Both the position numbers and the translations under genes were made by a program. 64,000 bases of DNA from an uncultured Candidatus Saccharibacteria bacterium (GTDB lineage Bacteria > Patescibacteriota > Minisyncoccia > UBA6257 > XYB1-36-10), in assembly GCA_964362215.1 (NCBI GenBank), contig CAYIDJ010000001.1, positions 13,151 to 77,150 on the forward strand, read 5' to 3'. This document shows positions 18,322 through 28,500 of the stretch, piece after piece. Position 1 is the stretch's first letter, and every line of letters starts with the position of its first letter. The notes under the pieces were generated by a model. That model searched no databases. It saw only the letters and a program-made list of their open reading frames with translations, and was not told the DNA's origin.

Positions 18322-19074
18322 ATGCTAATTCTATTATACGGCCCCGACTCCTATCACCGCCACCAACGCCTTGACCATATTCTCTCCATCTACCGCCAAA
18401 AACACGCAGGCCTTTCCCTACGCTATTTTGATTTCTCCTCTCCCGACCCCACCCCCCTCCTCGCTGACCTCTCCGCCTTCTGCGGCACCCTCTCTCTTTT
18501 TGAACCGATAAAATTAGGCATCATCCAAAATCCCTTCCTCCTCGAACTCTTGCGTACCGTTGAAAACATAGCTTCCGATAAATCCACTACCCTCATTCTC
18601 GTCTCCGACGACACCCCGCCTGCCCCTTTTTCTTTTCTTCTTAAACCGCCGGTTCAGTCGGAATCTTTTCCGCCTCTTTCCAACCTCGCTCTGTGCGAAT
18701 TTATAAAAAAAGAGGCCTCTTCCCGCGGCCTTTCTCTAAACCAAGAAATTATTTCTCTTCTTGCCGACGAATATGGCCCCAACCTCTGGGGTTTAGCCAA
18801 CGACCTTGACCGCCGCTCACTCTCCAGTGACTCCTCTTCTCCCGCTCGCCGCTTTAACTTCTTCTCTCTTATCCGCGCCCTCACCGAAAGCCAAATTGAG
18901 CGCCGCCTCTCCGCTTACTGTCTTCTTCTCGCCTCCCGTGAAGAACCGGCTAAAATTTTTAATCTCCTTGCTTACCAATTAGGTATTGACCGCCGCCGCG
19001 CCGCCGCCCTTGACCTGGACATCAAATCCGGCCGCCTTGAATACCCCGAAGCTATCCTCTCTCTCATCCTCTAA
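18322..19074 (+). CDS. holA: DNA polymerase III delta subunit (short)
   Basis: MLILLYGPDSY, SLF, LDLDIKSGRL; convergent with rpsT. Confidence 0.8.
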   Translation: MLILLYGPDSYHRHQRLDHILSIYRQKHAGLSLRYFDFSSPDPTPLLADLSAFCGTLSLFEPIKLGIIQNPFLLELLRTVENIASDKSTTLILVSDDTPPAPFSFLLKPPVQSESFPPLSNLALCEFIKKEASSRGLSLNQEIISLLADEYGPNLWGLANDLDRRSLSSDSSSPARRFNFFSLIRALTESQIERRLSAYCLLLASREEPAKIFNLLAYQLGIDRRRAAALDLDIKSGRLEYPEAILSLIL

Positions 19075-19207
19075 TAAACAACTACCCTCCCAGAGGCGAA
19101 TACTATAGTCAACTAAACAAACTTAAAAGTAAAAAATCTTTTTGCTCAAAACCATAAGGCGCCTCGCCAACAAAATAAACATCGCAACCAACTAAACAGG
19201 ATGGAAA

Positions 19208-19306
19208 AGAAAAAACTTCCTTTCGAGACCGCGCGGAGCACGACGGTGCGAGTCAGAGTGATTTTTTAGCAAAAAAATACACGTGTCTCGAAAGGAAGTT
19301 TTTTCT
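19208..19306 (+). repeat. Structured element family B, copy 2
   Basis: 22-bp perfect closing stem with the conserved core. Confidence 0.9.
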
Positions 19307-19358
19307 GAAAAATACAAAAAGGTGAATATTCTACGTCCACCTATTATTCATCAAATAC

Positions 19359-19619
19359 CTAACTCAAAACTTTAAGCTGCCTCGCCAACCGCGACTTCAT
19401 CCTCGCCGCCCGCCCCTTCTTCAAAACATCTCCCTTTACCGCCTTATCCACCGCTTTATAAATCAAAGCTAACTTTCCCGCTGCCGCCCCCGCGTCTTTG
19501 GCTAACGTTTTTTTATAATCTTTCACGGCCTCCTTCACTGCCTGCTTGCGTGCTTCATTTCCCTTCTGCCGCCTTTTACTCTGCCGCAGTGCTTTCGCCG
19601 CCGATTTAATGTTTGGCAT
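19359..19619 (-). CDS. rpsT: 30S ribosomal protein S20
   Basis: MPNIKSAAKALRQS..AARMKSRL. Confidence 0.95.
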   Translation of the reverse strand: MPNIKSAAKALRQSKRRQKGNEARKQAVKEAVKDYKKTLAKDAGAAAGKLALIYKAVDKAVKGDVLKKGRAARMKSRLARQLKVLS

Positions 19620-19762
19620 ACTGGTACAAGATACCGGAATCCCTTCCTAAAATCAATCCCCGTTCTTCCCTCTCCGGTTTTAATATTTATAATTTTGTCC
19701 AATAATCCCAACCTCGTCTTCGTTGAGGACTCGCGACTCCTGTCGGAGAATTTTGAGTTTTA

Positions 19763-20440
19763 CTATTGTTTAGAGTTTAGTCCGCCTCCGCCAACTGGCG
19801 GATGGCGAATTGATTTTCTAAATTCCAATTGTCTCTCTATCACCCTAAAATCCCCCTCCAGCGCCTCCCTCATGCCGCGGTTATAAACCGCCACCGCCGG
19901 GTGGTAAAGCGGAACAAAAGTCACCGGACCGTACTCCATTTCCGTTTCAAATACTTTTCCGTGCGCCTGACTTATCGGCTCTATCAGCTCCCTCATCCCA
20001 TACCGCTCCATAAGATAAATCATCGCGAACCTCCCCAGCGCCGCGATTATCTCCGGTTTTATTATGGCTATCTGCCTATCCAAAAAAGGCGCGTAAAGCT
20101 CTATCTCCTGCGGTAACGGGTCGCGATTGTTTGGCGGCCTGTCTTTTAAAATATTGGTGATGTATACCTCGTTCCGCGGCAGATTTATCAGTTCCAAAAG
20201 CTCGTCCAACACCTTCCCCGCCGCCCCGCAAAACGGCCTTCCCTGTTCCGCCTCATTCTTTCCCGGCGCCTCCCCCACCAACATCACGCTGGCAAAATGA
20301 TCCCCCTCGCCCACCACTGGTTTAACTCTGGTAGCGTATAGAGGCGATTCTTTGAGGTCAATTACTCCATCCCTCACCTCCTTCAGCGCCTCATACCTCT
20401 GCCTCCGTTCCTCTTCAGTTATCTCTCCGTTTTTCCCCAT
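19763..20440 (-). CDS. Uracil-DNA glycosylase, family 4
   Basis: VGEAPG.NE..GRPFCG.AG, RPPNNRDP, YHPA motifs. Confidence 0.92.
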   Translation of the reverse strand: MGKNGEITEEERRQRYEALKEVRDGVIDLKESPLYATRVKPVVGEGDHFASVMLVGEAPGKNEAEQGRPFCGAAGKVLDELLELINLPRNEVYITNILKDRPPNNRDPLPQEIELYAPFLDRQIAIIKPEIIAALGRFAMIYLMERYGMRELIEPISQAHGKVFETEMEYGPVTFVPLYHPAVAVYNRGMREALEGDFRVIERQLEFRKSIRHPPVGGGGLNSKQ

Positions 20441-20531
20441 ACTTAATACCTTCTTTATACTTCCTAATGCCGCCATCATACTACACCTCTCAAAAAACAA
20501 CCAACTCTTCCCTCTTAAACATCACCTGAAA

Positions 20532-20676
20532 GATAAAACGACTTCTCCGCAAGACCGCGCGCCCGCCCGACCAGAACAACTAGTCGTTCGGGCGGGGAGT
20601 CCGCCAACTGGCGGACGAGTCAGAGTGATTTTTCAGCGGAAAAATACACGTGTCTTGCGGAGAAGTCGTTTTTATC
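20532..20676 (+). repeat. Structured element family B, copy 3, with a 35-bp hairpin insertion (20562-20596)
   Basis: Closing stem AAAACGACTTCTCCGCAAGAC/GTCTTGCGGAGAAGTCGTTTT. Confidence 0.9.
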
Positions 20677-20732
20677 AATACAACATCAAACGTCATTTGG
20701 TAATTCGTTATTATCCGTCTTATAATGTTCCC

Positions 20733-21116
20733 ATGAACCCGATGCTTAACTACCTCATTCTTACTCCTCTCTTCTATCTCTGGTCATTTCTCGTCCACTG
20801 GTACTTTAACGGCGGCAAAGTCGCTCTCCACCTCCTCGTCCGTTCCTTAGAATTTTTTGACTCATTTTTTGCTATTAGAGAAACTGCTTCCAATATATTT
20901 GTGCCGCTCTACCAGGACTACTCTATAGTCGGCTATATCATCAGCCTTCCCACTCGTCTTCTTCTCGTCACTATAAGTTCAATTATTTATCTCTCTCTGT
21001 CCGTTATCTGCCTTGTCCTATTTACTATTTGGGCTCTCCTCCCCATCACCGCCTTTCTCGGCAGCGTCAATCCTGAAATTATAATCTCATCTACCTCTTA
21101 CTTATTCTCCCTATGA
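20733..21116 (+). CDS. Small membrane protein coupled to the Clp ATPase gene
   Basis: Hydrophobic ORF with FVPLYQDYSIVG; ATGA overlap with the next gene. Confidence 0.7.
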   Translation: MNPMLNYLILTPLFYLWSFLVHWYFNGGKVALHLLVRSLEFFDSFFAIRETASNIFVPLYQDYSIVGYIISLPTRLLLVTISSIIYLSLSVICLVLFTIWALLPITAFLGSVNPEIIISSTSYLFSL

Positions 21117-23623
21117 CCAAAACCAAACCCATTTTTATCCGCTATCCCCGTCTGGAAATGCCCTTGCTCGGCCGATTTTTTATCCGTATCATCTCCGCCG
21201 TCGTCTACGGCCTTCTTATTGCCGGCGCCGTCTCTGGTCTTATCTCTGACGTTCCTCGTCTCCGCTGGCTCGGTCTCCTGCTTGCCATATTCGTTATTGA
21301 CCTTTTCCTTCACCGCCATCTCGCTCCCCGCAACCTTTTAAACGAAGAATTATCCGGAAACCTCGTTGATTTTCTCACTCCCTCCGCCCGCCGTCTCCTG
21401 GAACGAGCTCTGGATAAAACCGCTATCTCCGGCGGCCCCATTATGATTCGGCTGGCGGAAGAACTGTCCGATCACCGCGACATCATTGAAATCTTCTCCC
21501 GTCTTGAAATTAACCGCTCTCAATTTGAAAGTCATATCAGCCACGCTGTTGACCGTTCTCCTTCCCGCCCCGCCCCCGCCGCCGCCCGCTCCGCTCTTTT
21601 TGCCGTCATTCCCGCCGCCGCCGTCTCCGCCCGCGCTTCCGACTCCGCCGGCATCAAACCTGGACATCTCTTCACTGGCCTTTTGGAAAGCGGTGATGAG
21701 GATATCTCTCGCCTCCGCCGTGAATTCTCCCTCTCCGCCGACTCCGCCTCCCGCGCCATCTACTGGCTTGAAGCCCGCGACCGCCTAAGCCGTCTCCGCT
21801 CTATTCCCGCCACCGTCGGCGGCTTCGCCGGCCACTCTTTCAATATACGCCCCCGCGTCATCAACCGCGCCTGGACCTCCCGCCCCACCCCCACCCTCGA
21901 CCGCTACTCTTTGGATTTAACTGCTCTTGCCCGTCGGGAAACTGTCGGCCTTCTTGTTGGCCACCGCCGCGAATATGACGAACTTGCCAATATTCTCTCT
22001 AAACCCGGGTTTCATAACGCGCTTCTCGTTGGCCGCCCCGGCGCCGGCAAAACCACCATCCTCGCTCACCTCGCTTTCCGCATCGTTAAAGACAAAGTTC
22101 CGTCTCCTCTTTTTGATAAACGCCTCGTTTCCCTCAACTTATCTTCCCTTGTCGCCGGCGCTTCCGACAATGAAGTTCAGGAACGTCTTCGCCACATCGT
22201 CTCCGAAATCGTTAAATCCGGCAATATTATTCTCGTCATTGACAACATTCACAACTTGCTCAAAACGGAAAGCGCCAGCGCCCTAAACGCCGCCGACGCC
22301 CTCGTGCCAGTTATCAGCTCTGACTCTGTCTCCGTCATCGGCACCACCACTCCCTCCGACCGCCGCCTCCTCGCTTCCCGCGGCAGCGAATTCAACGACC
22401 TCTTCTCCGAAATTAAAGTTGAAGAAATTTCCCCCACCGAAGCGGAAACTATTCTCGTCTTCTTCAGCATCGTTCTGGAAAACCGGTACCGCCGCCGGTT
22501 CCGTATCACTCTCCCCGGCGTCAGTTCAGCCGTGAACATCGCCCGCCGCTATTTAACTGACCGTCCCCTTCCCGGCTCCGCGCTTGACCTTCTTGAAGAA
22601 GCCGCCACCGACGCCATTACCAAAGATATTGACACTATCGGCGCTGACGCCGTCATCTCCATTGCCGAACATAAAATTAACATTCCTCTCCGCTCCGTCG
22701 GCGTTCCGGAAGCCGCTTATTTGCTAAAACTGGAAGCCACTATCCATCAAACGCTCGTTGACCAGGAAGAAGCGGTTTCTGCCATCTCCTCCAGTTTACG
22801 CCGCTACCGCAGCGGCTTGACCACGGCGGCCAACCCGATTGCTTCCTTCCTTTTTGTCGGTCCCACCGGCGTCGGTAAAACCGAGCTTGCTAAAATTATT
22901 GCTGAAGTTGTCTTCGGTAGTCGCCAAAATATGATTCGTCTTGATATGTCTGAATTCCAAACTCGCGAGAGTTATTACCGTCTGGTCGGCTCTCCTGACG
23001 GCTCCGTCTCCGGTTCCTTAACCGACGCCGTCTCCGCTAAACCCTACGCCCTCATCCTTTTAGACGAATTTGAAAAAGCGCACGCTGACGTTCTTAATTT
23101 ATTTCTTCAGGTCTTAGACGACGGCCGTCTGACTGACAGTTTGGGCCGCACCGTTAAATTTGAAGATACTATCATCATTGCGACCTCCAACGCCCATTCC
23201 GCCGCCGTCAAAGAACAGCTTGACCGCGGCGTCAGTATTGACACTATCGCCGTTGACCTTAAAAGCAAACTGACCGCTTATTTCCGCCCCGAACTCCTCA
23301 ACCGCTTCTCCCGTATTATTGTCTTCCGCCCCTTAAGCCAACCAGACATAACCGTCATCGCTCAGCGCAAACTGGAGCGCCTCTCGGCTGACTTAGAGGC
23401 CTCTTCCGGTATCGCCGTCTCCTTCACCCCCGCCGCCGTTGCCGAAGTTGGCCGCCTTGGCTTTGATGAATCATTCGGCGCCCGTCCCTTGGAAACCGCC
23501 ATTGACGAACACGTTCGCAATCCTCTCGCCGAAGCCATTTTGAAAAATAATTTCACCCGCGGCGATACCGTCTCTGTTGACTTGGATAACGGCCGCCTTA
23601 AAATATCTGTTGTTAAATTATGA
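21113..23623 (+). CDS. ClpA/B-like AAA+ ATPase with N-terminal TM helices
   Basis: PTLDRYSLDLT, GRPGAGKT, GPTGVGKTELAK, IRLDMSEF, FRPELLNR, GARPL. Confidence 0.92.
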   Translation: MTKTKPIFIRYPRLEMPLLGRFFIRIISAVVYGLLIAGAVSGLISDVPRLRWLGLLLAIFVIDLFLHRHLAPRNLLNEELSGNLVDFLTPSARRLLERALDKTAISGGPIMIRLAEELSDHRDIIEIFSRLEINRSQFESHISHAVDRSPSRPAPAAARSALFAVIPAAAVSARASDSAGIKPGHLFTGLLESGDEDISRLRREFSLSADSASRAIYWLEARDRLSRLRSIPATVGGFAGHSFNIRPRVINRAWTSRPTPTLDRYSLDLTALARRETVGLLVGHRREYDELANILSKPGFHNALLVGRPGAGKTTILAHLAFRIVKDKVPSPLFDKRLVSLNLSSLVAGASDNEVQERLRHIVSEIVKSGNIILVIDNIHNLLKTESASALNAADALVPVISSDSVSVIGTTTPSDRRLLASRGSEFNDLFSEIKVEEISPTEAETILVFFSIVLENRYRRRFRITLPGVSSAVNIARRYLTDRPLPGSALDLLEEAATDAITKDIDTIGADAVISIAEHKINIPLRSVGVPEAAYLLKLEATIHQTLVDQEEAVSAISSSLRRYRSGLTTAANPIASFLFVGPTGVGKTELAKIIAEVVFGSRQNMIRLDMSEFQTRESYYRLVGSPDGSVSGSLTDAVSAKPYALILLDEFEKAHADVLNLFLQVLDDGRLTDSLGRTVKFEDTIIIATSNAHSAAVKEQLDRGVSIDTIAVDLKSKLTAYFRPELLNRFSRIIVFRPLSQPDITVIAQRKLERLSADLEASSGIAVSFTPAAVAEVGRLGFDESFGARPLETAIDEHVRNPLAEAILKNNFTRGDTVSVDLDNGRLKISVVKL

Positions 23624-24189
23624 TTGTCGCCAACGCTAAAACTCAAATCTCGGCTGGCATTATTGTCTACCGGCGCACCCCCGAGGGGCCAAGTTTTCTT
23701 CTCCTCTACCACGGACACGGCTACTGGAATTTCCCCAAAGGAAGAATTGAGGGTAATGAGCGCACTATCCAAACTGCTCTTCGTGAAGTCAGAGAAGAAA
23801 CCGGTCTTAAAAACCACGAACTTCAACTTCAAAAAAACTTCAAAACCAAAGAACATTTCTCTTTTCATACCCCCGGCGACAAAGATAAAATTTTCAAAAC
23901 TGTCACTTTTTATCTGGCTGAAACTCGCCAAGAGCGGATTACTATTCCCCTTGCTCTCCACCACCAGGGTTTTGGCTGGTTTCTCTACCCCGAGGCCTGC
24001 CGCATCTTAACCCGCCACCAAAATACCCGCCGTATTATCACTCAGGCCTTCCGCCTTATTACCGGCGTTAAATCTCCCTCCCTAAAACACCCCTCCGCTA
24101 ACCATCCTAATAAAGATAAAATTCATCACCCTCTCCATCCCCGCCGTCCCTCCCGCCACACCCATCCCACCACTCCCGCCTCTCTATAA
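23620..24189 (+). CDS. NUDIX hydrolase (Ap4A-hydrolase-like)
   Basis: WNFPKGRIEGNE..TALREVREETGL Nudix box. Confidence 0.9.
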   Translation: MIVANAKTQISAGIIVYRRTPEGPSFLLLYHGHGYWNFPKGRIEGNERTIQTALREVREETGLKNHELQLQKNFKTKEHFSFHTPGDKDKIFKTVTFYLAETRQERITIPLALHHQGFGWFLYPEACRILTRHQNTRRIITQAFRLITGVKSPSLKHPSANHPNKDKIHHPLHPRRPSRHTHPTTPASL

Positions 24190-24236
24190 TAAAATTTAAT
24201 ACTTTATCAAGGACTCGCGACCCCTGTCAGAGAAAA

Positions 24237-24584
24237 TTATTTCTTCGCTTCTTCTACTATCTTAGTAAACGCTCCCGGATGCTCCTCCGCCAATTCCGCC
24301 AGCATCTTCCGGTCAATCTGTATGTTTTGCTTCTTAAGCGCCGCTATCAGTTCGCTGTATTTCATCCCCCTCTCTCTCGCCGCCGCGTTTATTTTCACCT
24401 GCCATAATCGCCTCGCCGTCCGCTTCTTCTGCTTCCTCCCCTTAAAAGCGTTCGTCAAAGCATGCAGTAACGCCGTCTTCGCTAGACGTTCTTTATTCTT
24501 CCTTCCCCAACGATATCCTTTTGTCTGTTTTAGTATTGCTTTCCTCCGCTTTACTTTATTGGTCCCTCTTTTTACTCTTGGCAT
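24237..24584 (-). CDS. rplT: 50S ribosomal protein L20
   Basis: MPRVKRG..RRLWQVKINAAAR..IDRKMLAELA. Confidence 0.97.
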   Translation of the reverse strand: MPRVKRGTNKVKRRKAILKQTKGYRWGRKNKERLAKTALLHALTNAFKGRKQKKRTARRLWQVKINAAARERGMKYSELIAALKKQNIQIDRKMLAELAEEHPGAFTKIVEEAKK

Positions 24585-24615
24585 AAATTGTTTCTTAGTT
24601 CGTCATTTCACTTCT

Positions 24616-24642
24616 GTCATTCCAGCGGAAGCTGGAATCCAG
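24616..24642 (+). repeat. REP-like GTCATT palindrome
   Basis: GTCATTCCAGCGGAAGCTGGAATCCAG. Confidence 0.8.
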
Positions 24643-24684
24643 TTCCAATGTTCACTTTTGACTTTATGGACTTTTGGCTTATTT

Positions 24685-24861
24685 CTAATTTCTTACTCTC
24701 TTATTTATCGCTTTCATTGAGTAACGTAAAATATGATTCTTCCTCCGGATATGCTTAAGCGCCGCTGATTTTTTGGAACGGAAATGGCTGGAACCCATTT
24801 TGCGGCGCATCACCTTGCCTCGCCGCGTTATTCTTACCCGGCTCGTAAATGTAGAACGCAT
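24685..24861 (-). CDS. rpmI: 50S ribosomal protein L35 (divergent, 58 aa)
   Basis: Manual translation MRSTFTSRVRITRRGKVMRRKMGSSHFRSKKS...; lies between infC and rplT. Confidence 0.85.
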   Translation of the reverse strand: MRSTFTSRVRITRRGKVMRRKMGSSHFRSKKSAALKHIRRKNHILRYSMKAINKRVRN

Positions 24862-24872
24862 ATTCGTGATTA

Positions 24873-25424
24873 TTATTTTTTACCCACTACCTGGACGGTA
24901 AAGCCCCTTCCCACAAACTTTATCGGCGTCATTACCGCGTACGGCACTGATATCTTCTCCACAAACGCCTGGAGCTTCCCTTTGGCAAAATCCCTATTTG
25001 CCTTCTCTCTTCCCTTTAAGAAAAGCTGAATCTCAACTTTATCACCGTCTTTTAAAAAGTCAACCACTTGCCTTAATTTTCTCTCTAAGTCATTACTGGC
25101 CGCCCGTGGCGTTATGCGCATATGCCTAAGTTCGCCTCCCTTCTGCGTCTGTTTTTGTTTGCGCGCCTGTTTGCCTTGCTGGTATCGGTACTTGTCAAAA
25201 CTTATTATCTTCGCCACCGGCGGGTCTGCTTTTGCTCCTACCTCCACCAAGTCCAACCCCGCCGCCTCCGCCTGGCGCAACGCCTCCTCTTTAGTCACCA
25301 CCCCCAGATTTTCTCCCGCTGGTCCAATAAGACGGACCTGGCTAGCCGTAATCTGATGGTTAATCCGCGCCGCCGGTATTACCGGCGCCTGCGGCCTTCT
25401 GTAATTATTTTTTTTTCTGCGAAT
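24873..25424 (-). CDS. infC: Translation initiation factor IF-3 (probable ATT start)
   Basis: RINHQI..VRLIG..GLDLVEV..PPVAKI; in-frame ATT at 25424 and TTG at 25427. Confidence 0.93.
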   Translation of the reverse strand: MRRKKNNYRRPQAPVIPAARINHQITASQVRLIGPAGENLGVVTKEEALRQAEAAGLDLVEVGAKADPPVAKIISFDKYRYQQGKQARKQKQTQKGGELRHMRITPRAASNDLERKLRQVVDFLKDGDKVEIQLFLKGREKANRDFAKGKLQAFVEKISVPYAVMTPIKFVGRGFTVQVVGKK

Positions 25425-25570
25425 CAAAATAAAGTAAAAAGTATGCTTCTCGTACGTCCCCATCCTAACCCGCTCTCCACTCCAAGTCAATTATCCCGCC
25501 TCTCTCCTAAAACTCCTGTGGTATAATTAACTTATTCTTACAGCTTTACCTTTCTCTTCTTTTATTAAAC

Positions 25571-28500
25571 GTGGCCCCTAAATCAAAAAAAAGACTGTCG
25601 GTAAAACTACCGCCACCTGCGCCCGTCCCTCCAACAAACATCATTAACCTGCGTCCAGTTCCCCCGTCCTCTTCTAACCTTAATGCGCTGTCTTCTCCGC
25701 CTAAATGGCAAAGACGCCTGCTGGCCCAACAAGACGCCACCTCTTTCTTCTCTAAATCAAAAGAGGATAATCGTATCAATCACCTCCTTCCTTGGGCGGC
25801 CAAACTTCTCGTGCCCGACTTTATTATCGGCCACCCCAATCTGGGCGATAATCTTAAAGCCCTCTATCGGGCGCCGTTTTTTAAACCCCTCCGTCTGGCT
25901 ATAATCGGCTGGCTCATCTTCGTTCTCGCCTTCGGTTACACCGCCGTCAATTCTTTAAGGTACGGCCTTGAGGCCTTCGCCTCCACCTTCGCCGACGACA
26001 CCCAAGCCGAGTTTGACGCCGGCACTCACAGCGCCACCCAGTGGGACTCCGGCAACAGCTGGTTGGAGTTAACCACTGCCGGCCAAACCGCCGGCTCCGG
26101 CGATTTTACCTCTTCCATCAAGGATTCCGCCGTCACCGCCACCTGGAACTCCTTAGCTTGGGTTCCCAACCGCCCCACCGGCAAAGAACTGCCTAATAAC
26201 GCCAACTCTGAAACCGACTACACCACCGGCAATGCCAACATGACCGGAAATTTTGGCTTATGGCACTTAAACGAATCTTCTGGCACTCTCGCTGACAGCT
26301 CCGGCGGCGGACATACCGGCTCTTATAGCGGCTCCGGCTACTCCCAAACTGGTGCCCTTAATACTGCTTTAGGCGGCTTTAGTGGTTTTCCTCTTAATGT
26401 CGGTGATATTAATGATACTGACAACTCCGCCTATATGACTATTGAAATGTGGATCTACCCCATCACTCTTGGCACTATCAGAATATTGTCTATTAAATCT
26501 GGTTCCAGCCAAAATCAATATACAATTAGGACACAAAACACCGCCGGCGTTCAAGATGAACTCTATTTCTTTATTGCCTCTTCCCTTACCGACAGCTCTA
26601 CCTATTTCGGTACCTCTAACTTAAACTTAACCGCGGGCGCCTGGCAGCATTTAGCTTTTGTTTATGACGGTACTCTCGCCGCCGCTAACCGCGTTGCTAT
26701 CTATAGAAATGGCGTTGCCGCCTCCGGTTCCGTTAGTGGCACTATTCCCACCACCTTAACTTCCTCTACTGTATCCGCTTATTTTGGCAGTGGTGCCACC
26801 GGTGGTAATGCATCTGACTCAAATCTGGACGAAATCGCTATATATAGCCGCGCTCTCTCCGCCACCGAAGTCGCCGACCACTACAAACGCGGCGCCCTCA
26901 ACTTAAAATACCAAGTCCGCAGCTGTAATGATTCCGCCTGCTCCGGCGAAAGCTTCATCGGTCCCGACGGCACCGGCTCCGATTATTACTACTGGAAAAC
27001 AACCAACGCCACCACCACCCCCTCCTTCTCTCTCACTAACGTCTCCACTAACCGCTACTTCCAGTACAAAACCTATTTCACCACCAGCGACACTTCCTAC
27101 TCTCCGGAAGTAAAAAGTGTTACTGCTGACTACTCCAACCAAGCCCCCGCCACCCCTTCCAACTCTTCACCCTCTAACGGTGCCGCGCGCCAAGACCTTA
27201 ATGCCACCTTAACCGGCTCCGCCTACTCCGATAGCGAGAGTGACACTCAAGCCAACGCCGACTGGCAGGTGGACGACGACGCGGACTTTGCCACTCCCGT
27301 CTGGACCCGCACCGCCGGCGCCGGCGAAATCACCACCACTATCAACTCCACTAACGGCACCTTCGCCAACGAACTCTCTGGTAAAACTGAACTTGACCAC
27401 AACACTGTCTACTACTGGAAAGTCCGCTACGCCGACGGCGGCCAGTGGTCTAGCTACTCCACCGCCACCTCTTTCACCACCAACTCTATCGTCACTCCCA
27501 TTAACTCATCTCCCACCAGCACCTCTACCGTCGCTACCCTCACTCCCCTCCTTATCGTCTCCGACTTCTCCGACCCTCAAAGCGGCCACACCGGCGCCTA
27601 CGCCCAGTGGCAAATTGATAATAATATTGATTTTTCTTCTACTGCCTACGATTCGGGTACTGCCACTTACAGCGCTTCCCGCTCCATCCCTATCAACGCC
27701 CTCAATAATTCCACCCTTTATTACTGGCGTGTCCGCCACCAGGATTCATCCAGTCAGTGGTCCAGCTGGTCTACAACTACTTCTTTCTCTGTCCAAATTC
27801 CGGAATCATCCGTTACGGTTATACCAATTTTCGGCAACACCACCGTTGACCAGGGCGACACTGTTAAAATTGATATACAAGTGATTAACCTAACCACCGG
27901 CGACCCCATCAACGACGCCACCGCCACCATCTCCATCTTCAGTCCTGCCAGCGCCAAACTAGTAGACACAGCCGATATGTCGTACCTTTCCAGCTCCAAC
28001 GGCATCTACCGCTACTCCTATACCGTCCCTTCCACCAGCGGCAGCTATATCTACGAAGCCGCCTCCGGCTCCGGCAGTAAAGTCGGCTACACCGCCGCTA
28101 ACTTTGAAGTTCGCACCATTGCCGCCGACCTAACCTCTACCAAATCCACCGTCACCTCCGAAGCCACCGCTCAAGGTACCGAGCGCACCGCCCAATCCTC
28201 CGAACGCACTTCCCAAGCAACCGAACGAACATCCCAAGCCGCCGAAAGAACATCGCAGGCCACCTCTCGCACCGCCGTTACCGATATTCAAACTGACGTC
28301 AACGCTATCCAGTCTAATGTTGATATTTTGATTGGCGCCCTAATTGTCACCCAAAGCACCGTCAGCGATGCCTCTCCTTCCACTACCTCTTTTGACACCG
28401 CTCTCACTAACGCCACCAATGATTTTTATAACAACGCCGTCTTAACTTTCACTTCCGGCAATTTAGACGGTCAAAGCCGCCGCGTCTCCGACTACAACGG

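Noticed and set aside
20352-20732. N-terminal extension of ORF 20352-21116
   Set aside because: It overlaps the UDG start and runs through element B3; ATG 20733 follows a TATAAT and is more plausible.
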